Shown here: piece after piece, positions 1-11,300 of the stretch | Numbering within the stretch: the first letter of the stretch is position 1 | How the letters are laid out: each line of letters opens with the position of its first letter | Notes under the pieces: model-generated | The model's input: the letters and a program-made list of their open reading frames with translations, nothing else | What the model was told of the DNA's origin: nothing | Databases searched by the model: none | Assembly (NCBI GenBank): GCA_905178155.1 | Contig: CAJINV010000018.1 | Span: 1,276,190 to 1,340,189, forward strand | DNA: 64,000 bases | DNA from: Amoebophrya sp. A120 | Taxonomy: Eukaryota > Protista > Dinoflagellata | Reading direction: 5' to 3' | Position numbers and translations under genes: made by a program

Positions 1-41
1 CAAGAAGAAGAAGTGGGATTCTAATTAAAAGAAATGGTGGT

Positions 42-76
42 GGCGAAAGCGCGGCCCGCGGGGCCGCGCTTTCGCC
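42..76. other. Perfect GC-rich hairpin (16-bp stem, 3-nt loop)
   Basis: ggcgaaagcgcggccc (42-57) / gggccgcgctttcgcc (61-76) are exact reverse complements. Confidence 0.8.
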
Positions 77-1683
77 GCGCGGCTGGTTTGGCTTTCGCGC
101 TGGTTAGATTTTCGCGCACGCATTTGGTTACCAATATCGCCCTCCGGGCGCGATCTTCATAACGGGGGAAGAACAAGAAATGCTGAATGAAATGGTGCAC
201 ATTCAAAAATCGCCAGATAATATGCGTCCTGCTAGATATTCCGGTGCACGACGGATCACTAACGGACTCGCTCCACGTCCTGTTCAGCCTCTATTCGGAA
301 TTCAAGAACAACCAGCACTTCGGCCAGCAGCTCGGGTAAGAGGTTGCTTGCAAAACAAAATTGCATTATGATGTAGGAGCTCGACGTACTTTAAAAAGCA
401 AGTCGTACTTGTCATGCTCATGCATCAATCGTGTGGTCGAAATATCAACAGTGCTCTGTCCCCGGAGACCGTCGGCGGGAGGCCCTTAAGCGCAGGCGGC
501 AGCGGCGGCTTACCCAGCGGGGGTCGTGCAGGGACTCCGGTGTGAGGACGATTGGAATTATACCGGTTGGAGTTTTTTCGAAAGATGCGGCTGAGGGTGG
601 AGCTGCGGAAGAAGTGTTTTGGGTTTTTTGAAGAAAATAAAACAGTTACCATTTTTTCGGATCATCTTATCTTACTAAAAAACAGCAGCAATAGCAACAG
701 ATACAGTATCAATTACACCAGCAACAATTTTTCTGGAATAAAGCTATACCGCAGAGAAGTGCTGGGGGAGGTTATCTTCGACGTGCACCACTTGGATGTG
801 TACAAAAGTATATGGCAGCGTGCATTGGAGGAACCAGTTGGCACTGGTGGCGCGCAAAACGATAACTATGCTTGATCCCTCGGAAAGGAGGTACTACTTT
901 GATCAGTCACATAAATTTTGAATTCAGTTGTACATGAGCCACTTTGAAGATGTGATCTGGGAGATAAACCGGGGACACACACGCGCCGGCGCCACAAGAT
1001 GTAGATACACCACGCACTAAACTTCTTCAACACGTCGAATATCATGAGTCTATAGAGTTATCAACAAGTAGAAAGTCGCAAAAGAAAAAGCCAGAAGTAG
1101 GACGAGCAAAATTTCAGGAACTTCATCCTGATCCGTTTTAGCATGACGGTTTTCTTCCGCTCAATAAGAACAACGGGGACAGGGCGCTTTTGTTTCACTT
1201 AAAAAGCACTTTCTCGTTGATGAATCGCTTCGTACCAAAATGAATCCTTCGTAAAAGAAGTTGATTACGCCAAATCCCTCGCTGAACATCACTAAGGCAA
1301 ACAGTTATACGTTTTCAGTCGTACGACATTCGTGCTTCTTCGTCGTCGTTCCGTTCTTTGGTCTGGTTTTTGCGTACTGTCCTTGAGTTATTGACATCTT
1401 CGTGCAAGTACCGTTCGTGAAGAAGACGAAAAAGTGTCTGCCTTCGCTTTTCTTCAAAAGCAGGTTTGGCCCTGACCATCATGAAATTTTAGGGTAAAGA
1501 AGTACGTATATGGGATTTTTTCTTTTATCAGATCGCTCCTCCCATTGTGTCAATCGCCCTTCCCGATAGTTTCCGATTGCCTTTCTGCCCATATCGTACC
1601 ACTACCATTCAGTCGTTCCTTGTGCATAATTTCTTTGCCTAACATTTTTACTTTGAGATCCGGTGGACCTGCTTGATTTATTT

Positions 1684-2109
1684 GGTTGACAAACCAGAAT
1701 CTCAACTGCGTCCATTTGTCTCAACGTTTAGACAAAACGCCCCAACGTTGACCACGACGCCTCAACTTCAGCACCGTTTAGGTTTACGGGTTAGGGTCTA
1801 GGATTCGGGGTTTGTCCTGGTCGTCGGCCAGGGCAGCCGCCGCCGGCCGGCCGGCGGCGGCTGCCCTGGCCGGCGACTCTCTCCTTTGCTTGTGTTGTGT
1901 TTCACACCCGCGCCCCTTCCCGTGTGTGTGTTGCCTCGTCCTTGCGCCTCCTGTGCCTTGCCGACCCCGCCCCGTGTCAATGATGCCGGGCTTACCTTCC
2001 CGCCACTGCCGACTACCGTTGTGTGAGGCCTCCGGGCGATCGTTGAGACGATTGCGCCCCGGCCTCGAGAACGTTGAGACAAGAACGTTGAGATTCTGGT
2101 CTGTTAACC
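1684..2109. mobile_element. Non-autonomous TIR element (MITE) with 9-bp TSD, Mutator/MULE-like
   Basis: 23-bp TIR ggttgacaaaccagaatctcaac / gttgagattctggtctgttaacc (2 mismatches); TSD GATTTATTT at 1675-1683 and 2110-2118; subterminal aacgttgaga repeats. Confidence 0.85.
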
Positions 2110-2323
2110 GATTTATTTACGGGCAATCAATCTTTCCCGAACAAGATGGTGCTCCTGCGTCAGAACTGGTGAGAGCGAAGTTTTGCACCAGCCGTATTCG
2201 TCTTCGCCGGGCAGGCGGTGCCAGAAGACCGGCAGGAGAAGGGCGTCGAAACAGATTGTTTACAGCTACAAGTTCCCAGTTGCCAAAGGTGTAGTCCTCT
2301 GTGTGACAAATTTATTGGGACCA

Positions 2324-5300
2324 ATGGTTTCGAAGCTCGTATTCGTGACCTTCGGTATCGCCCGCTGGTGCCACCATTTTGTGCTGATCGACCAAGCTTC
2401 AGCGGTTTCTTCTTCGAACCACGGGAGAGATGGTCAAAAGGCAGCTTCGTCGGCGTTTCTCCGTCCACGAAGGGGGAACAACTACTACCCGCAGACAAAT
2501 TCGTTGAAGCGAAGACTCAGGGACCACCACGACGGGGAAGTACTACCAAGCGGCGAAAACAAGGGAGCTAGAATTACTAGTAGCTCCCGCCCTGCTGGTG
2601 CTGTTTCTGATGTTGAGACCGCTAGCACTTCTCTTACGGGGAGAAGCAATTTGCTGCAAAAGAGCCGCCGGAAAAACTCTCGGGACGAGAATTTTTTGCC
2701 TGCCGAGGGATCATGGAAGCGTAAAAATCTTCTTGGAGAAGGAAAAGACGATGTCATTGCAGCTGTCGAAGGTGGTGAAAAAACGGAACAAAGGATAGTA
2801 CCGCAAATGCTCGGGGAAGATGAAGATCCAGGGTTTCACTACGACGAAGAAACAGGAAATTCCTTTCTGCAGCGACAACGACTCACAAAGGCACACTGCG
2901 CAGGAGGAGGCCTAGAAGATGAAACAACAACCGCCGAAGGGCTGAGCGAAATCCCGGAGGAACAGCGGACCACCTCCGAGCATCCTGTGCGGAATGGTGG
3001 AAGCAACAACGCAGCTGTTACAGGGGACGACGGGAAGATGAGCAACAGTAAAGATATGCTGAATACCGCGATGAACAAAAATTTTCGTACGACAGCTGTT
3101 TTAAGTTCCGCCGCGGATTCCATACCGAGTGATAAGAATCTTTTTCAGCTTCAAGAAAGGCAGCTAGCCTTTTTTTCGACGGATCATGCTGGGGGAATAG
3201 CAGGAAATGGCGATTTACCACAACCCGGTGGCGCGCCGTCAATTTACGAAAATTATGGCATGATAAGCCCCGCCAGTATTTCCGTCGGCGAAATAAGTAA
3301 AACTCCATCGACGATAATCCCTAGTGGAGTTCTTTCTTCCTCCCCCGGACATCAACAGCCAACCGCATTGGGTCTCGTATTGAGCAACGAGATTCTGCAA
3401 AAGTCCGCCAGCGGCGGATTTCTCGGCGCGTCCCTGGGAGCGCAGTTCAATCGACTGCGGGATACCTACCACCGGCAGCAGGGCCGGTGCCCGGGCGGCG
3501 CCGCGCCGGCAAGCGACTGGTGGGAGGCGGCGAGCGAGTTGACCTGCGCCCGGCAGTGCATACTGGACGACTTGTGCGCTGGGTACGAGGTCGAGCACAT
3601 GTACAAGTTCGAAATCAAGATGGAAGAGAGAATAACGGAAGATGATGATGAAAATCCTAGGGGTCTCGGCGACGACAAAGAAGTTGATCTTGCATCATCG
3701 ACAAGAAAATCCTCCCCCACCCTGGTCCGCGATTTGGATTTCGTTTTGTGCCGCTTCGTCCGGCTGGTGTGGCCGGGTATGGAATTTACTTTTCCTACGC
3801 ATTTAACGCGGACTGGGAAATCAAACATTGTCTGCGGGGTGAAGAAGTTATCCCTGCTACGGTGGGAACGCGAGGAGATGTTTTCGGTAAGGGAAGCTGA
3901 TGGGGGAAAACCGAGCAGCGGTCCTCAGCAACAATCGGAGGAGGTATCAACTGCAAATACGTCTTGGTTGCCTTTGAAACAACAGTGTGGACGTTTATCA
4001 TGCAGATTTTGTAGGACCACCCACGATTATGTGTGGGATTTTTGTGATGACTAATGCCCAGTTTCGTTTGATGCTCGAAGATGAAAAATACCCTCTCCGC
4101 GTAGCAAAAACTGGCTCGCTTTTGCTCTGTATGCAAGAGTACAGATTTTTGTATGATCCAAAACCAAAACAAACGCACATCACAACTTGGCACTCTGCTT
4201 CCAGAGGACCACCCCCCAGACGCATTTGCACTGCATAGGAGGAAAAGAAACAGCAAAGTAGCACTGCCTTTTCCGACATGGACTTTGCGAGATGGGAGCA
4301 GGACGAGGAAGAAGTACAAACTGAAAATGATACCGAGGCAACATCAGATACCAGCATCACAGAAGACCAACAGGGGGACAAGGATGGGACGACCAATGCG
4401 CCGTCCGACGTTGACGAAAATGTTGAGACAGGTGCGGAAATAAATCGAGAAATAGAAGGCAACGATTTCGCCAGGACGCAGGCGCCTACCATGGACGATG
4501 CTGACCAAGGGCCCGACCAAGATCTGCTTAGCACAGAACACACCCGGCCGGTTGTGCAGCCACCCCCCGCGCTATTCGACTCTCTGCCAAATATCGGTAT
4601 GGACCGTGCAAAAGTAAAATATCGCTGGAAAAGTCTGATTTGTGCACCAGCAGACGATCTTTGCAAGCAACTTAGCGGAGTAGCAGACAGACGCTGATTA
4701 AAGAACTACGTTTATGATCACTATCCTATTCAAATTCAGCAGGACGACGAGGAAAATATCTTCACTCCGGATGAAAGTTTGTAATTGTATGTCCGTATGC
4801 ATCTATGAAAAATGAAAATCACTTTCATGTGTGCGATAAAAGTACTTTTGCACTCCATACCCTTCAAGCGGCCGCAAGCGTGCCTTGCGGCCTTTGGGAA
4901 CTGGACGCCGCTGGAATACGTGCCGGTCTATCAAATGTAAAAATGTCTGGGTCTGGAAGAATGCAAGATTTGTCATGCATATTTCTCATGACCCATGATG
5001 CCTGTAATGCATGCCCTAGCATCACAGGTTTTTTGCGGGATTCTTAATGCCCATTCCGCATGACAAATGCCCTCTCCGCGTAGCAAAAATTAGACTCTGT
5101 TTGCTGCTCATGCAACACAAATTTTTTAGTCATCGAAACGCAGCATCACAAGTTTAACAACAACAAACTCATGTAACTTATAGGGGCAGATACTTCAACA
5201 GTTTAGCAGTGTGCGGGGGGGTGACTCATGAGGTCCCCCCCCACCCGCTGTGCCCATATCAAAAAACACACAGGGAAACTCGTTTTTTCTTTTCTTTCGT

Positions 5301-8300
5301 ACAGCAAGGGGATAGCATGGGTCGTAAGTCGTTTAAGGGGGAAAAAGATGCCTAAGGACTGCAGTAGAAAGAGGTAATTTTGAGATAGAGATTACAAAGT
5401 AGACGATATAGAAACATTAGTAAAACTGTAGTGAAGAGTAAAGTGGTGGTTTCGATTTTTTCTTTTTTCTCGCTTGTATACATATGTAGACACTAAGTAA
5501 TGAAGTAAGAAAGAAAAAAGAACAGATATGGGCGCAGAAGTGGATCAGGAGGACCAGGGAGGGCAGGTGAAGGTGGGACTACGAGCAAGAATTTGGAACG
5601 AGAGCTTGCAGAACGACGCCGAGCTAGAGGATGCGCTGTGCCGACACCTGGAAGAAAAACGAGACATCGGGGACCTGCTCTGTGTGTGCAAGTGGTGCTA
5701 CCGGGTAAACATGGCGAGGGAGGTCACGCACAAGCACGCAAAAACGAAGCACAACAGCCACCAGCTAACCTGCCCGGAAAGAGATCGAGATGGAGACGCA
5801 GGCACGACTTCGGATAAAAAGGTACTGGCAGAAAATGTTTTTAGAGTGGTAAGTGTAGCAAGCACAACAGAGCCACTAACTACAACGAAAAATACGAAGT
5901 CAAAAATTATGGAGACTGACATTTTTTGTGACGAAGTGAAGCCGCGCATGGTGGACATAGACTGGCTGAACAAGCCAAAAAGAGACCAAATGATTGCCCC
6001 ACACGGGAACAAGGGAGTGTTCGCGTGTGGGCTCTGCCAGGTCTGTAATGCTGACTCCTGCGATTTTATTGACAGGCATACGCACACCTGTGTGCGTGAG
6101 TCGGCAAATTCCCGTGCAGCCTTAGCAGAGGGAAGAGCCCGCACACAATGCAGGCGCTGCAGCGCCCATGTTGCCTGTATGCGATCCCATATTTTGGCGC
6201 ATGAGGCCCTAGATAGGTATAGCTATCTTAGCTCGAGTAAGCACTACGAGCTAGGAACGCTAGCATGGGACCAAAAAGTAGCGCTTACAAATTGCATTCT
6301 TGATGAGCCACTATGGGGGCAGGCGGTATCCTCGTCGATGAATGTTCAGTCACTAAGAACAAAAAACGTCGACAGCTACATCTTGAAATATGTGGAAGAC
6401 ATTGAGCCGCATTTTCTGGGGCTGGATGAAACCAACCTTGACTCGATAGATAAGTCATGGCTGATTCACCAGCTTATTGCCCTGGGGTATCACATTATCT
6501 TCTGCCCACGGAAGCACGAGGGGGGTGATGCAAAAAAGAAGAGAAAAAGCGGGTCATCCATTTTGGCAGTTAGATCTAGTGTAAGGCTAGTGAAAATACT
6601 AGAAGTGGACGACGTCGATGGGTGCGAGATTATTCATGTCTTGGTGGAAATGAACAGCGTTGTATTTGAAGTCAAAAAGCTTTACGCCAAGCATGCAAAA
6701 CTAGACGCAACACACCTAGGGATAGGAGCGGGGATTATTATTGGGGACCTGAATGCAAGGCACTTGAACTGGGACTACAAAAACAACCCAAACGGAACAA
6801 CGCTGACAAAATGGCTAGAAGGGGAAGAGGGTAGGGGCTTCTGTTGCGCTAATGTGAAAGGGCAGGCAACGAGGGTACATGGTGAATGCGCAACAGCGCC
6901 AGACGTGATGGTTTTCGGCAAGGAGACTTTTGAAAAACCAAGGTTCGTAACGTACTTGCCATACAACTTTGACGCAATGGAAACGGAGACTAGCGATGGA
7001 AAACAAGCAACCCAAATCCTTGAAGGGGGAAAAGGAATAGCAGAAGAGAATGATGCGTGCTCAGAAGAACACCTGCGGAAGAAGAGAAAGACAAACATTG
7101 GAGCCGTTGACGCAGATACTAGTCAAGAGCAGAATAGTATTAGCCCAGAAGAGGCTGAACTAGAATGGGAAGGGGTTTTTGAGGTAAACAAGGAAAGAGC
7201 AGATGAACGTGCGTGCTACGTGCGAATCTCCAGTGAAGATGTAGCGGGGGTTGTTAAGAGCGGCGGTCTAATAGTTGACGGCGTCGCAGAAGGGGAGAGC
7301 CTATGGAGCTGGGGCCTGGAGAATTGCAAGTTTTCAGAACAGCTTTCTGATCACTGCATGGTGGAGCTCCGCCTGAGCATCAAAGGAGCGGTGGTTGCCT
7401 TGCCAGAAGTGGCAAGCATTTTTGTGCCGGAAGTAGACGAAGAAAGACACGCAATGCCAGCGGAGCTGGAGCAAGAAGTAGGTGGGGAATATGGGGATGA
7501 TGATCGGGATGAGCCGGGGGGGGGAGGGAGCGACTGCAACTACACCAGCAAGCTTTTGAAGTTCAAGTTTGAAAACGGAATACCAGTGAAGGAACAAACA
7601 TGGGTAACGGCGTACAATCGGGATCTTCGTGATAGACTTGCAGACCACCCCCTGATGCGGAAGAACTGGCAGAAGCGGAAAGTAGGGCTGATTCAAAACG
7701 ATCTGAAGCTGGTAAAGGAAGTAATGCTAGAGGTAGCAAAAGAGCATCTTCCCTGCTCGCGGGGAAGGAAGGCTACAGATGCTACTAGTGATGTAAAGGG
7801 AACACAAAAGCGGGCACGAAAGAAACCAAAAAAGGACGAGATAGGGCGGGGAAGGGATTCAGATGCAGAATTGGACCACCTACCACCAAAGGAAAGGTGG
7901 GAACACATCAACCAGAAAATACGAAGAAAGAAAATTTGGACCACCGGGGGTTTTCCCTCGAAGCTGGTCAAGCATGACAAAGCGGCCATCTACTTCAAGA
8001 GGGCAACTGGAGAAGATATCACGGAAAAAGGAAACCAGAGCGCTTTGCTGTGTCCACCGCTTACCCTGAAGGAGATAGAAAGACGAACGAACGAGGCAGC
8101 TATGAAAGAGATAAAGAAGCGGAAAATAACAGTAGAGCCACTTCCGGGCGAAGCAGTTGACGACCACGACGAAATAGTGAACTACTTCGCGGCCCAATAC
8201 AAAGGGAGACCGCAACAGGTCTACAGCAAGAACGGCTTTGAAGTGCCAGATGAGAGCGAGTGGAAAAAGAAAACCTTCAAAGATACGCGATTGAAGTCGC

Positions 8301-11300
8301 GCCAGAAAGCGAAGGAGGGGCAATTTTGGGAGTTGACCAGGACAGAGTTTGCGGCGGCTATCAGGAAGCTGGAATGTAACAAGAGTCCGGGGTGTGATGG
8401 GGTTACGCATGAGCTGGTCAAGGCTTTGGATGGGGTAGGATGGGAGTGCTTATTTAGGTGCTACTACGTGTTAGTCAAGCACAACGCATTTCCGGAAATA
8501 GGGCGGGAGATTATCCTAGCACCTGTAGGCAAGACAGAAGAGCAGGCTTTCTCAGAAAGTTTGTTTCGACCTGTAAGCTTGTTATCAGTATATGCTAAGG
8601 TGTGGGAAGCTATACAAGATAGAAGATTGTGCTTATGGTTAGAGGGCTACCAATGGAATGGAAAGAGCAGAATTGAAAATAGCAGCCCCAAGCTCCCGCT
8701 GTACTCCCTTGCATACAGAAAAAACTTTTGCAAAGAGTTTGGGGCTATTTCAATTCTCGAGTATCTGTTTTCAGAAGAAGGACTGAAAACAAAAGGCATG
8801 AGAAAATTTCTGCTGCTAAATGATAACGAAGCAGGTTTTGATGTGGTTTCACATGAGAAATTGCTGGAGACAATGCATGAGTTAGAAGTGCCGGAGGACA
8901 TAGCGGCAGCCACAGTGCAGTGGCTGAGTTACCGAACAGTTAGAATAAAAACAGGGAGCAGGTACTGGCATCTATCTCCGGGGATGCCGCAAGGCAGCCC
9001 CTACTCAGGGGGCTGCTTTAATGTACACAACACGCCACTAATTCAAACTATGGCGCAGCTGAATGAAGACGGCACACAGACGCAGTTTTCGGATGACAAC
9101 AGCCAATGCGGAACCGGTGACATGGAAGCAGTGACAAAACTCAAAAAGGATCTGGTGCGAACGGGCAGAAAGAAGTTCATATTTTTTGAAGAGACAAAGT
9201 CTGAAGCTGTTTTCTATGATGTTGGGGTGGATAAGAAGGTAGAAGTGAGCGAAGCAAGTAGGTCCTTGGGGTTTTTCTATGATGGCGCATGGGATTTCTC
9301 CTCCCACTATGAAATCATGCGAAAGAAGATGATCCAGGAGAACACAAGCGTAGCACGATTGAAAAACTTAAGACTCACCGCAAAAATCGACACCTATGTC
9401 TCGATAGTATACAGCGCGATACTATCGAATAGCATCCCGTTTTTTCACTATTTCAAAAAGCAGAACAGGCTGCAGATCAAGAAAGACACTGCGAAATTCC
9501 TGAAGGGGCATGCTATGCTACCCAAACAAACGCCAAACACGATTTTGCATCATTGTGCAGGAATTCCGGACATTCACACGCTCTTTGTAGTAGAAAACTT
9601 GATGCTCTTCTACAAAGGCGCGCAGTTGAAGCTATGGCCACGACAAAAAGAGCCATGCGAAGAGGTCAAGGCTATGTTCAGGCAGACAGATAGCAGCGAC
9701 CCAGCAAAATTCTTACTAGGCATGGACAAAAAGCATGCAACGTGGACAGATACCATTCGGCACATGGCAAAAACGGGCTTTCCTGATGTGCATAGTCATT
9801 TTGGTCATGAGAGACTGTAAATCGGCAAGATTTTTTGGCGGGGCGTAAATCTAGATGCGAAGTCCATGGACAGGGTTGGGACGGATATGGGCCTGGGGAG
9901 GCTGTCAGGTAAGCAGGGAAAAGAGCTGGACGAGGCACGGGGAAAGGTAGCACGGGCGCACAACGCACTAGTGCGGGGGCTAATACGGAAGTCCCAGGGG
10001 AATCTTGTCACGGCAACGGATGGACTGGTGGACAAAGAAAGAAATTTAGGAGTGGGGGCGGGGGCAAGTTGGTGGTGGGAGCCGGTTGGTGATGATGGGA
10101 CGGGGAAGCTTCGGGCAGAAGTGGGGGAGGACGAGTTACCAGATCCGATTTGGATCTCAGGAGCATATATACACTCACCGCTGAGTGATATTCCAACGGA
10201 TTCTTTTGATGCAGAGTGCATAGGGCTAATGCAGCAGCTTGAAAAGATAGAACGCCAAATCCTAACACACCCGCACTTGAGTAAAATGCTGAGGAACTTC
10301 TATTTTTTCTTAGATAGCAACTCCATAGTGCAGGCACTGGAGTGCTACAACGACGGTAGTAATGAGATGATCCACAAAATTATGAAGCAGATGGAAAAAC
10401 TAAAAGACGCATGCATTGGGGAGGGGCCGAACGAGGAGGAAGAGGTATGGTTTCACTTCCGTTGGACACCCGGACACGCGGGGCAGCTGGCGAACGATTG
10501 TGCGGACCTCCTAACGAATATCTACAAAGAAATGTGGAAAGACGGGCACCAGGACTTTTCGGACACAGCGGCGCGGCCGATCTACAAAAAAATGATCACT
10601 GCGCCGATCCTGCGGCGGCTTTTCCTGAAAAGGATCCTCGCGCAGAACATGGAAAATTGCCAATCCCCCTCGGAGTACTTGCGCGAGCGCGCGAAGTCTT
10701 TGGGGGGGTTCCGGCCGCCCGTGGGTGTCTTCCCGATACGCGAGGCGGAGTTGGTCTACTTCTGGGTGTGGTTGGGAATCGCCCCCCAGCCACACTTGGG
10801 GTGTGAGGAAATCGTTTATGAGGGAGGGAAAATGAAACAAAGGTGCAAAATGTGCAACAGGCTGTGCGACTGCGCAGTTGATCACGCCCTGTTTGAGTGC
10901 AGGAATGTAGAGGCGCCGCGCGCGCGCCATTTTGGCTTTAAGTTTTGCGCGCCCACCTTGGGGAGGGAACTGCTTCAAAATCCCAGAAAGATCTTGAAGT
11001 TCATAATAGACGAAGCGACAAATTTGACACATGAATATTTCCGAGACAGAATAGGTAGCTGCATCGAGCAAGTCGGGACGAAAATGGAAAAGGAAGTAAA
11101 AAAGCATGAAAAGCTACCAAATTCATATGTGAAGGCATGCAGCATGAGCAAGGCAAGAGTTTTTACAGATGAGATACCACTGAAATACTTACACTGACAC
11201 TAGAGCAATCTCATGAATCACAAAAACAAAAACTCACAGGTTTAAATATACGAAAAACATCTTTTTTTTCTTCTCCTTCATTAAGCAGTACATGTAAAAA

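Noticed and set aside
4695-4697. TGA as an internal stop or recoded Trp in PAN paralog 1
   Set aside because: It falls within an intron under both splicing models for this region.
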